DNA of 35,476 bases from an uncultured Alphaproteobacteria bacterium (GTDB taxonomy: Bacteria; Pseudomonadota; Alphaproteobacteria; Rickettsiales; UBA1997). Shown here piece after piece: positions 18,216-28,378 of the stretch. Under the pieces are notes generated by a model. That model saw nothing but the letters and a program-made list of their open reading frames with translations, ran no database searches and was not told the origin of the DNA. How positions within the stretch are numbered: the stretch's first letter is position 1; each line of letters starts with the position of its first letter. A program made the position numbers and the translations under genes. The DNA is taken from NCBI GenBank assembly GCA_903870105.1, contig CAIQBQ010000108.1:1-35476 (forward strand), read 5' to 3'.

Positions 18216-19598
18216 ATGAATCTATTCCGTAAGAAAAATATTCACGATCTCCTCGAAGATAGTAAAAAAAATACCCTTAAAAAAACATTGAATGCCACTG
18301 ATCTTGTTATGATTGGTATTGGCGGAACTGTTGGCACTGGAATCTTCGTTGTTACCGGAATTGCCGCGGCAAAATATGCTGGGCCTGCAATTGCTATTTC
18401 TTATTTGATTGCTGCTTTGGCCTGTGTTTTTGCCGCTCTTGCTTACGCAGAACTGGCTTCAATGGTTCCTCTTGCTGGAAGTGCTTACACTTATTCCTAC
18501 GTTGCAATGGGAGAGTTTGTTGCTTGGATGGTCGGCTGGATTTTGATTTTGGAATATGAGGCGGCGGCTTCAACTGTTGCCTCGGGGTGGTCGGGATATG
18601 TCATAGGAATTCTGAAGTCTGCAGGGATTATTATTCCTGAGATGCTTACGAAAACTCCTGATGAAGGCGGACTAATTAACTTGCCGGCAGTGCTCATTAT
18701 TTTTTTCATCAGTGGAATGCTTTATCGCGGAATGAAACAGGGAATAACGCTGAATCGTTTTTTAGTCGGGATAAAATTGGTGGTAATTTTCATGTTTCTC
18801 ATGATCGCAACTCCACAAATCAAAACGGAAAATTTGGCAGACTTCATGCCCTTTGGAATCAATGGAATTATGATGGGGGCCGCTGTAGTTTTTTATGCTT
18901 ACATCGGTTTTGACTGCATTGCCACCGCTGCGGAGGAGTGTAAAAATCCTAAACGAGATTTGCCGATTGGAATTATCGCTTCGCTGTTTGTTTGCATGAT
19001 TCTCTACACCTCGGTTTCTTTAGTGCTTAACGGAATTTCTCATTATTCCAGTCTCAATAATGCCGAGCCAGTTGCTAAGGCATTACGTGAAAATGGAAGT
19101 GCCATCGGATCATCTTTGGTAGCAACAGGTGCTGTTGCTGGGATAACTTCGGTATTATTGATTTTAATCTACAGCCAATCACGAATTTTTTTCGTGATGT
19201 CGCGCGACCTCTTGCTTCCGGGTTTTTTAAGCAAGCTTCATCCCAAATTTAACACTCCGCATTATTCACTGATGTTAACCGCTTTCGTTGCTGCAACAAT
19301 CGCCGGCTTTCTTCCTCTTGAGCTTCTTGGCCGCTTAGTAAGTATCGGAGCTCTCTCCTCTTTTATGGTTGTAGCTATTGGCGTGATGACCTTAAGAGTT
19401 ACTGATCCGAATGCGCATCGATCATTCAAATGTCCGATGGTTAATATCACTGCTCCAATCGCGATTTTAAGCTGCGGCTATCTGCTTTATACTTTGCTTA
19501 TCCAAAGTGGATTTTGGTTCTTGATGTGGCTATCTCTTGGCTTTGTGGTGTATTTTTCTTACGGCTATCACAAATCTCCGCTAAGGAAAAAGAAGTAA
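18216..19598 (+). CDS. APC-family (cationic amino acid transporter-like) permease
   Basis: IGIGGTVGTGIFV, YAELAS, GSAYTYSY and FYAYIGFD. Confidence 0.93.
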   Translation: MNLFRKKNIHDLLEDSKKNTLKKTLNATDLVMIGIGGTVGTGIFVVTGIAAAKYAGPAIAISYLIAALACVFAALAYAELASMVPLAGSAYTYSYVAMGEFVAWMVGWILILEYEAAASTVASGWSGYVIGILKSAGIIIPEMLTKTPDEGGLINLPAVLIIFFISGMLYRGMKQGITLNRFLVGIKLVVIFMFLMIATPQIKTENLADFMPFGINGIMMGAAVVFYAYIGFDCIATAAEECKNPKRDLPIGIIASLFVCMILYTSVSLVLNGISHYSSLNNAEPVAKALRENGSAIGSSLVATGAVAGITSVLLILIYSQSRIFFVMSRDLLLPGFLSKLHPKFNTPHYSLMLTAFVAATIAGFLPLELLGRLVSIGALSSFMVVAIGVMTLRVTDPNAHRSFKCPMVNITAPIAILSCGYLLYTLLIQSGFWFLMWLSLGFVVYFSYGYHKSPLRKKK

Positions 19599-19682
19599 TT
19601 TGCTTTCAGTTTGAGAGGAGTTGAAGCCTCTAAAGTTTTATTCCCCAATTCTTGATTTACTTCGGATCGGCGGATCGATTTA

Positions 19683-20948
19683 TTAGAAAACTTTGTTGAC
19701 GATTTCGCGTTGTGGCACTGGAATTTTAATACCGTGTTCTTGGAACTTTTTCCAAATACCAATCATCACTTCACCCTTTGGCTTCATGCGCCCTTCAACA
19801 ATGTCGTTGATCCAAAAATAAAGAGTAATCTTGATGTCATGCTCGCCAAAATTAGTGACAGAGCATTCAATTTCTGGGTAGCTCAAGCAACGTTGATTTT
19901 CTTTGGCACTAGCAACCATAAGCTCGCAGGCTTGTTCCAAATCTGTGCCATGAGCAACGCCGAGAATGATTTCAATGCGGGCGCGATTGTTGGAATAAGT
20001 CCAGTTTGTTACTTTATTGATGATAAATTCCTCGTTTGGAATCATGATTTCTTTGCCATCCATCGTTTCGACTAAAGTGTAGCGGCCACCAAAATGTTTG
20101 ATCGTGCCGTAAATATTTCCGTTATCGAGCTCAACAATATCGCCGATTTCCACCGATTTTTCGAAAAGCAAAATAATGCCGCTGATAAAATTCGAGGCAA
20201 TTTTCTGCAAACCAAACCCAATTCCGACACCGACCGCACCGCCTATTACTGCAAGAGTTGTGAGGTCGACTCCAAAAGTTTTTAGCAAAACTATTAGAAC
20301 AATCGCGTAAATTGTGATGTCGATGATTTTGCCAATTATGCCTTTAGTGCTTGTCTTAATTGACTTGCTGCTATCGATGTAAGACTTGCTCTTGTGTCTG
20401 ATTAATCCCGAAATCCAGAAAAGGGTGATCAAAACAATGACGGCTTTGATGATCAAGTAAGCAGAAATTTTTACGCTACCTATTTTGAACGATAGCTCAT
20501 CGAGATAGAGAATTGATGGATCTAGCAGGTCAAAAATATTTAATAACAAAGCTGGCATCAAAAATAATCCAGCGACATTAGTGACTAAGCTGCTGCCAGA
20601 AGAAATACGTAAAAAGCGTAAAAATAAAAATAGCGCGACTAGCTTTATTGTGACCAAAAAGACGATAATTTCTTTAAAAAATTTTCCGTAAATTGAAAAG
20701 CCAATAGCAAGGAAAAGCAATGAAAGCGCTGGATAAAGCATTGGTATCACGAATCGCGTGATTAAGCGATTTGCGCCTAAATCGCGTTGTAAATTTTTAC
20801 TAAGAATTTTGGCGAAGAAAAATTTCCGGCTAAATTTGTAGCAAAAATAGGCCAGAATGAAGCAAAAAATTAACGAGAGTGATTGCCAGTAGAAACTTGG
20901 ACTGGCAATGGTTTGTTCGATTACTTCGAATATTTTATCGTAGTTCAT
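19683..20948 (-). CDS. MscS-family mechanosensitive channel
   Basis: GGAVGVGIGFGLQKIASNFISGIILL, IPN..F and VTNW. Confidence 0.93.
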   Translation of the reverse strand: MNYDKIFEVIEQTIASPSFYWQSLSLIFCFILAYFCYKFSRKFFFAKILSKNLQRDLGANRLITRFVIPMLYPALSLLFLAIGFSIYGKFFKEIIVFLVTIKLVALFLFLRFLRISSGSSLVTNVAGLFLMPALLLNIFDLLDPSILYLDELSFKIGSVKISAYLIIKAVIVLITLFWISGLIRHKSKSYIDSSKSIKTSTKGIIGKIIDITIYAIVLIVLLKTFGVDLTTLAVIGGAVGVGIGFGLQKIASNFISGIILLFEKSVEIGDIVELDNGNIYGTIKHFGGRYTLVETMDGKEIMIPNEEFIINKVTNWTYSNNRARIEIILGVAHGTDLEQACELMVASAKENQRCLSYPEIECSVTNFGEHDIKITLYFWINDIVEGRMKPKGEVMIGIWKKFQEHGIKIPVPQREIVNKVF

Positions 20949-20965
20949 TTTGTTTAAAATTTACC

Positions 20966-21007
20966 CTTCGACCCTCTCACTGCAAGGCTGCGCTGAGCTT
21001 GTCGAAG
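20966..21007. repeat. short palindromic remnant (CTTCGAC...GCTGAGCTTGTCGAAG)
   Basis: 7-bp inverted ends CTTCGAC/GTCGAAG. The TGAGC-NN-GTCGAA core resembles the TGAGC-NNN-GTCGAA core of the right-end repeat. Confidence 0.5.
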
Positions 21008-21011
21008 TATT

Positions 21012-22493
21012 TTACTCTCCTTGGCCTGAGGTGTATCCAGGCTTGCCGTCAAAGAGATACAAACCTTCATATTTAACGAAATCAAATTTTTTCTCGTTTA
21101 GAATCGAGAGCATTTCGATGATGTCTTGATGTGAAATTTTCTTAGTTGCGTCGATGATTTCGTTGCTTGATTTGCCAGTGATTCCCTTGCCGATAAAACG
21201 CAAAACAGTTAAGCCTTTTGAGTAGTTGGGCATCATGTATTGATCTAAAAGTGGCCATAGTAGAAGCCCTTTTGCGCTAATCATTTTTACTTCTAACTTT
21301 TCACTCTCCATTTGTTTTAGAACATCAAGCAAATCGGAGAATTCTTTTGGCCAATCGAGGAATAGATCGAAGCCGATTAGTGATTTTATCTCAAGCTGTT
21401 GGTTACTAACTGTCGGTTTGTTTTCAGCTTGCTTAGGGCTTACTACTAGCTCTGCCAAATGGCTTGGCTTTTTACCTAAATTCTCAATCACCGCAACGGT
21501 AAATTCTTTCGTGCCAACTTTCTTTTTACTGGTCACGGCATTGTAAATGTCGGCAGTGTGAGTGCCGTCCTCAATTGTTTTGTAGAGAGCATTTCTGATC
21601 TTAATCGCTACCTCATTTTGACCAAGGTGCACTAACATCATCACCGCGGCGTGAATCAAACCAGTTGGATTAGCGATATCTTGCCCAGCTATGTCTGGCG
21701 CGGATCCATGGATTGCTTCAAACATGGCATAATCTTTGCCGATATTTGCTGATCCGGCTAGGCCCACAGAACCAGAGGTTTCAGCGACTACATCAGAAAT
21801 AATATCGCCGTAAAGATTCATTGTTACAATCACGTCAAAAATTTCTGGCTTAGCGGCAAGGCGCGCCGTTCCTATGTCGATGATGTAGTGATCATTTTTA
21901 ATTTCGGGATATTCCTTCGCGATTTCGTCAAAAACTTTATGAAAAGTGCCGTCGGTCATTTTCATAATATTGTCCTTGGAAAAACAGCTGACCTTCTTGC
22001 GATTATTGGCGACGGCATATTCAAAAGCGTAACGAACAATTTTTTCACAACCCTCACGAGTTACCAGTTTTAAGCACTCGTAAGTTTGATCAGTTTGGCG
22101 ATATTCAATTCCAGCGTAGAGATCCTCTTCATTTTCACGGACGATAACCACATCCATCTTTGGGAATTTTGTAGTGATGAAGGGATGAAATGACGAGATA
22201 GGACGAACATTGGCGAAGAGTCCAAGTTTTTTGCGCAGAGTTACGTTGAGACTTTTGTAACCACCACCTTGCGGCGTGGTAATTGGTGCTTTTAGTAAAA
22301 CACGAGTGCTATTCAAATTCTCAAAAGCCGATGGCATCAAGCCAGAGTTGAAGCCTTTTTCATAAATATTTTTACCAACTTCGATGATGTTAATTTCGAT
22401 ATTTGAGCCAGCCTCACGCAAAATTTCTAAAGTGCTGTCCATGATTTCCGGACCAATGCCATCTCCGTAAGCAACTGTGATTTGTTTCGTCAT
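21012..22493 (-). CDS. icd: isocitrate dehydrogenase (Rickettsia/Thermus type with C-terminal extension)
   Basis: GDGIGPEI, KAPITTPQGGGYKSLNVTLR, NLYGDIISD, FEAIHGSAPDIAG; C-terminal GQGE. Confidence 0.95.
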   Translation of the reverse strand: MTKQITVAYGDGIGPEIMDSTLEILREAGSNIEINIIEVGKNIYEKGFNSGLMPSAFENLNSTRVLLKAPITTPQGGGYKSLNVTLRKKLGLFANVRPISSFHPFITTKFPKMDVVIVRENEEDLYAGIEYRQTDQTYECLKLVTREGCEKIVRYAFEYAVANNRKKVSCFSKDNIMKMTDGTFHKVFDEIAKEYPEIKNDHYIIDIGTARLAAKPEIFDVIVTMNLYGDIISDVVAETSGSVGLAGSANIGKDYAMFEAIHGSAPDIAGQDIANPTGLIHAAVMMLVHLGQNEVAIKIRNALYKTIEDGTHTADIYNAVTSKKKVGTKEFTVAVIENLGKKPSHLAELVVSPKQAENKPTVSNQQLEIKSLIGFDLFLDWPKEFSDLLDVLKQMESEKLEVKMISAKGLLLWPLLDQYMMPNYSKGLTVLRFIGKGITGKSSNEIIDATKKISHQDIIEMLSILNEKKFDFVKYEGLYLFDGKPGYTSGQGE

Positions 22494-22632
22494 TTTAGAT
22501 TTTAATTTTAGGTTTCTGATTTGCCGATCTTTCTAAGCACAACATTCAATCATGCAATTCGACGCACTAGAAATCCAAAAAATTATTGAAGAAAAACGCC
22601 TGATTTTTGGTAAAAAAATCGAAGAATTTTTG

Positions 22633-24507
22633 ATGAAAAAATTAATCAGATTTTTTGCTTTTTGCGGCAAGGTTTTTGCGGCTAAACCCACCGCTTTACT
22701 TGGCTCGATAATCATCGTTGCAACAAGTATTTTAGCCCAATCTTCTCGTGACTTAGGGCATGATTCTGCAACCTATCTAGAAATCGCCGAAAAGATGCTT
22801 GCTGGCGGTAGATATTATTACGATTTCTTCGAGTCTAATTTGCCGCTGAATTTTTTGCTGACGATGATTCCGGTTTTATTAGCTAAGTTTTTTGATTTTA
22901 ACCAAATCGCTAGCGCAGAAATTTTTTGGAATTTGCTTGGAATTCTATCAATTTATTCTTCGAATCGAATTCTTCTCCGATCACAATTTGCAAAGGATTC
23001 TGCTGTTTTAAATTTAATCATCCTGACTTTCGCTGCCGGATTTTTCTGGCGTGTTTTTACTCTGCAGTTCAATGAATTTGGCACCAAAACAACATACCTA
23101 CTTGCCGTTGTTCTTCCTTATATTTCTTATCATTTACTTGATGAAGCGAATCTCAAAAAATCTGATCAAATTTTAATCGGCATTTTAGCCGCATTGCTTT
23201 TTTGTCTTAAGCCACATTACGGGATTTTTGTCATCATTTTTGAGTTGGCAAAAATGCTCAAACTGCGCAGTTTTTTCTCTGTTTTTTGCTTAAGAAATTA
23301 CGTCACTTTGGCGCTGCTGATTTGTTATTTATCTACTCTTTTTCGATTTTTTCCTGACTACATCAACAATATTTCAAAGCTTGCTTCAGCCTATTACGGC
23401 AATTCTTATAATCTTACCCTTTACGTATTTACTCGCGATCTATTCCCGATTTTTTTGCTAATAATTCTCTGCTTCGATTTATTAAAAAAAGAAGAGATTA
23501 CGCGCCGTTTATTTTTATCAATCGGCGCTGCTGCTTTTTTAGTTTTGTTAGAATTAATCGGCGGACTTGATCAACGCTTTGTTTTCTATTCTTTGTCTTT
23601 GCCGCTGATTGCTTTGACGATTCTTTTTTTATGCAGAAATCATTTTGTTAATTGGCGTCGTGACGGATTTATTTTGGCTTCAATTTTATTGTTACCGCAA
23701 GCTGATCCAGAAAGTATTTTCTTCGTTTTAACAAATGTTTCGTGTTTTTGGATGATATTTCTTCCGATTGTTTGGAAGAAAATTAATAGCGTCGAAAAAC
23801 TTTGTTTTATTACTCTTGCGCCACTTACGTTTCTTTCATTACTCAACTCAGATCTGGCGGAAATCTCTCTGGCGATTTCAACAATTATTTTGGTTTTTAT
23901 TCTGTTTCTGGGTCAGAAATTTTATCAAAAGAAAGAACTGTCGCGACTATCTGCCTGCTCAGTTTTTTTGGTGTTATCTTATTTAATTAGCCTTCATATC
24001 GCATCAATTTTTGATCTAAAAACCTATTACGAATATCATAAATTCAGCTCACCAACTCATTTTACTTCAGAGATAGTTAAGGTGATTAAGCACTACAGCA
24101 AGAAAGATGAATCGGTTGTTTCTATCTCCCCAGGAATTCCAGGAACTTATCCAATGATTAGATATGCTGGTAAAAAAAATGAACTTCCCTTTTTGGAATA
24201 TGGATCTCTTTTTAAGCAAATTGGCGATAACAATAAAACTGATTCAGAACAGCTAATATCTAGGCTGAAAGAGCAATTAAAATCTCCGAATAATAAATTA
24301 TTTTTTGTCGAAATATGGCGCCAGATGGATGAGACAGATGATAAAAAATGCTCAATTAATTTTCTCGAATATTATTTTCGCGATGCAGAATTCAAAAAAA
24401 TATTTTTAGAGAATTATGTTTTTCTTACTCGAATTACCGAGATAACTAAACTATCGAGAGGCCAAGAAGGAATTGATCGCGATGCGGAAGTTTACATTAG
24501 AAAATAA
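22633..24507 (+). CDS. polytopic membrane protein, GT-C-fold glycosyltransferase-like (paralog 1)
   Basis: D..TYL..A..ML.G.RYYYDFFESNLP after the first TM, EFGTKT, KPHY and many TM helices. The start is uncertain (22552 or 22633). Confidence 0.6.
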   Translation: MKKLIRFFAFCGKVFAAKPTALLGSIIIVATSILAQSSRDLGHDSATYLEIAEKMLAGGRYYYDFFESNLPLNFLLTMIPVLLAKFFDFNQIASAEIFWNLLGILSIYSSNRILLRSQFAKDSAVLNLIILTFAAGFFWRVFTLQFNEFGTKTTYLLAVVLPYISYHLLDEANLKKSDQILIGILAALLFCLKPHYGIFVIIFELAKMLKLRSFFSVFCLRNYVTLALLICYLSTLFRFFPDYINNISKLASAYYGNSYNLTLYVFTRDLFPIFLLIILCFDLLKKEEITRRLFLSIGAAAFLVLLELIGGLDQRFVFYSLSLPLIALTILFLCRNHFVNWRRDGFILASILLLPQADPESIFFVLTNVSCFWMIFLPIVWKKINSVEKLCFITLAPLTFLSLLNSDLAEISLAISTIILVFILFLGQKFYQKKELSRLSACSVFLVLSYLISLHIASIFDLKTYYEYHKFSSPTHFTSEIVKVIKHYSKKDESVVSISPGIPGTYPMIRYAGKKNELPFLEYGSLFKQIGDNNKTDSEQLISRLKEQLKSPNNKLFFVEIWRQMDETDDKKCSINFLEYYFRDAEFKKIFLENYVFLTRITEITKLSRGQEGIDRDAEVYIRK

Positions 24508-26440
24508 ATCACTTTTTATCCCATGTGCAGCGATTTTTTTGCTCAGCATTTTTTTGCGTTCGCTTATTGATATTGGTCCGGATACCGGAATTTATTTGAG
24601 TCTCGGCAAAAAAGTTGCGGAAGGAAAAAGATATTATTACGACTTTTTTGAGAGTAATTTTCCGATCTCATTTTATTTCTACGCCCTTGAATATCGACTT
24701 TCCGCGCTTCTTCATATTGATCCAATTATCACTTCTGAAATCGTCATTAATTTACTCGCTTTAACATCAATTTCTTGGTCGGCAAAAATTCTGGCGCAAA
24801 GCGAAATTTATCAAAATAGGGCGCATTACAATCTGATCATCATCGGATATTTTTTAGGATTTTTTCTGCGACCGCTTTCTTTGCAACTTGGCGAATTTGG
24901 CACGAAAACCAGCTTTCTGCTCTTGTTACTATTTCCATATATTTCTTACTCATTTCCACGGCGATTAAGTTTTTCTAAAAAAGATTTAATCGCTCGCGGA
25001 TGCTTGATTGGCCTGATGCCATGCTTCAAGCCTCATTACTTAATTTTTCCGCTAGTAATTGAGTTTTACAAATTTTGGCAAAAAAAATCCGTTAGTTTTT
25101 TCTTCGAATTTGACAAGTTGTTCGCTGTGCTGATCTACACATCCTACTTATTTTGGATGCTAAAATTCATGCCAGAATTTTTTGAATTCATGGTGCCGAT
25201 GTGGGCAAAGATTTACGGCTCTTACGACAATAATGCGATTTTTTTAGGAAATTTTTTACGATTAATTGCTGTCCATATTGGGCCTTTTGCTTTTAGTTTT
25301 TTGATTTTTTCGCGCTTAAAACCAGATGAGAATGACAAGATTTTGCTGCTTTTTTTCTCTGCATCTCTGCTGCTTTTCATTCTAGAGAATGCGATGACTA
25401 TCGACCAATCGGTAATTTTTTACGCCGTTAGCACTATCTGTGTTTTGAAGTTTACTTCCGACTTAATCGCTTCAAAAAAAATAATTTTTTCTGAGAATAA
25501 ATTTATCATCATCTTACTGCTTTTTCTTCCGCTTTTTGATTTGGGAATTTTCCCTGCGGCAATTTTTGGTTTAAGTGGATTCGCCAGCGCTTGGTGGCTT
25601 ATTGCGCCGATTATTTTGATTCGTTATCCAAGAATTTTGTTGATTTACTTGGCGCTACTTTTCCTAGCTGTGATGGTGATGAAGTATTACGGTGCTTGGC
25701 CTTATATCGCATTTAATCTCACTGCCTTGTTCGGGATTTTGTTTTTTTATGAGAGAAAAATTTACGCAAAAATTTCTAAAAAATTTTCAGTTTTTTCCAT
25801 TTTTTTAATTACCGCTTCGATCTCGAGTTTGTTTCATCTTTATCTTTATAGCGCGGTTGAGTCTGTGGTTCACAAAGATAATTACAGCTTTCCCAACAAG
25901 ATGTCTGACATGATTAATTACTACGCTAAAGAATTTGCGCCGGCAAAAGAGGATGAAACATTAATGATTTCAATGGGTAATGGTTTTAATTTTTCACGAT
26001 TAAATTATTTGCATAAAGAAAATCTTCAAAAATTTCACATTGCTTCGATGCAGGCTAATTTTGGATCTGCTGGCAATAGTTCAATGTTTAACATCGAGAA
26101 TCGAGATAGAATTTTTGTTAGTTATTATCTTTTCGATGACATCAGAGCTGCGTTAAAAAATCCGCAGACTAAAATAGTTTTTGTCAGCAACGCTCCAGAC
26201 ATTTTAAACAAGAAAGACCGCTGTCTTATTGGCTCATTGGAATATTATTTTCTTGATCAGAGTTTTAGAAAATTTTTCTTCAAAAATTTTCGTTTCGAAA
26301 ATCATGTGATCATTAATCATGAGGTTGAGGTGATGAAAAATATTCCGCTTATTACTGGCGTGAAGCCAAGTATTTTTGACCAAGTCACCAAATCAAAAAA
26401 ACAGGTTCTGCATGATTTTGAAATCTATATTCGCAAATAA
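24482..26440 (+). CDS. polytopic membrane protein, GT-C-fold glycosyltransferase-like (paralog 2)
   Basis: Shares D...YL....V..G.RYYYDFFESN.P, EFGTKT, KPHY, C.I..LEYYF.D..F and the terminal E.YIRK with the upstream gene. Confidence 0.6.
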   Translation: MRKFTLENKSLFIPCAAIFLLSIFLRSLIDIGPDTGIYLSLGKKVAEGKRYYYDFFESNFPISFYFYALEYRLSALLHIDPIITSEIVINLLALTSISWSAKILAQSEIYQNRAHYNLIIIGYFLGFFLRPLSLQLGEFGTKTSFLLLLLFPYISYSFPRRLSFSKKDLIARGCLIGLMPCFKPHYLIFPLVIEFYKFWQKKSVSFFFEFDKLFAVLIYTSYLFWMLKFMPEFFEFMVPMWAKIYGSYDNNAIFLGNFLRLIAVHIGPFAFSFLIFSRLKPDENDKILLLFFSASLLLFILENAMTIDQSVIFYAVSTICVLKFTSDLIASKKIIFSENKFIIILLLFLPLFDLGIFPAAIFGLSGFASAWWLIAPIILIRYPRILLIYLALLFLAVMVMKYYGAWPYIAFNLTALFGILFFYERKIYAKISKKFSVFSIFLITASISSLFHLYLYSAVESVVHKDNYSFPNKMSDMINYYAKEFAPAKEDETLMISMGNGFNFSRLNYLHKENLQKFHIASMQANFGSAGNSSMFNIENRDRIFVSYYLFDDIRAALKNPQTKIVFVSNAPDILNKKDRCLIGSLEYYFLDQSFRKFFFKNFRFENHVIINHEVEVMKNIPLITGVKPSIFDQVTKSKKQVLHDFEIYIRK

Positions 26441-27992
26441 AAAAGTTATTTCTCTATTTGTCGGGGCTTTTGCTGCACTTGCTTTCGCGCCATTTCACTT
26501 CTTTCCAGCGGCAATAATTTCCTTCTCAGTTTTTTATTTTCTACTCGATAAAATTGAGCAGAAAAAAGAAATTTTTTGGCTGGGATTTACTTTCGGATTC
26601 GGACATTTTCTTGCTGGAATTTATTGGATCTCCATCTCGCTTCTTGTTGATGCCAAGCAATTTGCCTGGCTAATTCCCTTCGCGCTGACTTTGATTCCAT
26701 CAGCTCTAGCTCTTTATGCGGCGCTGTTTGCGCTCACTTACAAGTTTTTGATTGGTAAATTTAATCTAAAAATAACTTACCAAAAAATTCTTCTCTTCGC
26801 TCTCTGCTGGCTATTCTTTGAGGTGTTGCGCTCAAATCTTTTTTCAGGATTTCCGTGGAATTTACTCGGCTATATCTGGCTATTCGATGCGCATTTTGCA
26901 CAGCTCGCTTCGGTCTTTGGCGTCTACGGACTCACCATTTTCGCAGTATTAGTTTCATTATTGCCGATTTTACTTTTTCAAAAAAAATCTTCGCGTGGAG
27001 ACAAGGTTTTTGCTGGAATAATCATTACTTTTTTGTGCGGAAATTTGCTTTTTGCACATTTTTATATCGACGAGACAAAAATTGTTAATGATCACGAATC
27101 GAAGATCCGTCTAGTTCAAGCCAATGTTAAACAAGAGTTGAAATGGGATGAGCGCGAGAAATTAAAAGATTTTTTTCGTCAGATCGAGCTCACTAACGCA
27201 GAAAATTCAAAAAATATTAAAGCGGTGATTTGGTCTGAAACATCCGTGCCTTACGTCATTGACGACAATCCAATTTTAATTGCCCACCTACTTAAAGCAG
27301 TGCCAGAGAATGCCGTGTTAATTACGGGTGGATTGAGGCTAGAGAGGAAGAATGTTTGGAACAGTATTTTTGTAATTAATAAGAGTGGCGTTTTAGAGCA
27401 TTACGACAAGCACCACCTTGTTCCATTCGGTGAGTACGTTCCCTTGCAGGAATTATTGTCATCTTTATTCCTAGGAAATGTCGTTGATGGCATTACTGGA
27501 GGTGGAGTTGGATTCAGCTCTGGTGAAGGTCCAAAGACTTTAGTAACGGAGAATTTTTCCTTTTCTCCTTTGGTTTGTTATGAAGTAATTTTTTCTGATG
27601 AGGTGGTCGATAGAAACAATCTTCCGGATATGTTTGTTAACCTAACCAATGATGCATGGTTTGGAAATAGTAGTGGACCTTACCAACATTTCGACATGTC
27701 CAAAATGCGCGCAATCGAATATGGAATTCCATTAATTCGCGTAGCAAATACTGGCATTACAGCTTTGGTTGATCCATTTGGTCGAGTCGTTAATCAAATC
27801 GATTTGAATCAAACTGGGACGATTGATGTTGATCTAATGAAAAATTCTAGAACTACTATTTACGCAACCTATTGCTACTTGCCACTGCTCTTGTTACTTG
27901 CAGCCATGCTTTGCTTCTTAACATTTTCATCACACACACAATGGAAATTAGAAAAATTACCCCGATCGATAAACACATCTCCAAAAAATTAA
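26412..27992 (+). CDS. lnt: apolipoprotein N-acyltransferase
   Basis: GFPWNLLGY, WSET, YDKHHLVPFGEYVP, VCYEVIF, TNDAWFG and RVANTGIT. Confidence 0.96.
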   Translation: MILKSIFANKKVISLFVGAFAALAFAPFHFFPAAIISFSVFYFLLDKIEQKKEIFWLGFTFGFGHFLAGIYWISISLLVDAKQFAWLIPFALTLIPSALALYAALFALTYKFLIGKFNLKITYQKILLFALCWLFFEVLRSNLFSGFPWNLLGYIWLFDAHFAQLASVFGVYGLTIFAVLVSLLPILLFQKKSSRGDKVFAGIIITFLCGNLLFAHFYIDETKIVNDHESKIRLVQANVKQELKWDEREKLKDFFRQIELTNAENSKNIKAVIWSETSVPYVIDDNPILIAHLLKAVPENAVLITGGLRLERKNVWNSIFVINKSGVLEHYDKHHLVPFGEYVPLQELLSSLFLGNVVDGITGGGVGFSSGEGPKTLVTENFSFSPLVCYEVIFSDEVVDRNNLPDMFVNLTNDAWFGNSSGPYQHFDMSKMRAIEYGIPLIRVANTGITALVDPFGRVVNQIDLNQTGTIDVDLMKNSRTTIYATYCYLPLLLLLAAMLCFLTFSSHTQWKLEKLPRSINTSPKN

Positions 27993-28360
27993 GGCAGTTT
28001 CGCCGCGCCGCCGGCATCAGTCAAAAAAAACTTGGAGAGCTCACCAATATCAGTTTTCAGCAAATTCAAAAATACGAAAAAGCTCAGAACCGTATCTCAT
28101 CTAGTAAGTTGTTTGAATTTTCTCAGTTGTTGAAGCAGCCAATCTCAGGCTTTTTTTGCTACCTCGAATCAGACAATGGTCACTACGGTTATGATTTTAA
28201 AAGTGAGAACCAACTGTTGAAGGATGCGAAAGATGGAGATGAGGAGCTGCTCCCACTAATTCGCTCTTTTAAGCGCATCGAAAATAGTCAAATAAAAAAA
28301 TATCTGCTGTCACTCATCGTCTCAATTTCCAAGCCGCAAAATAAAAAGATCAAACTCTGA
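27941..28360 (+). CDS. XRE-family HTH transcriptional regulator
   Basis: ISQKKLG....ISFQQIQKYEK..NRIS. This type is commonly found after lnt in alphaproteobacteria. Confidence 0.9.
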   Translation: MEIRKITPIDKHISKKLRQFRRAAGISQKKLGELTNISFQQIQKYEKAQNRISSSKLFEFSQLLKQPISGFFCYLESDNGHYGYDFKSENQLLKDAKDGDEELLPLIRSFKRIENSQIKKYLLSLIVSISKPQNKKIKL

Positions 28361-28378
28361 GCGATCTTCCTTGATCAA

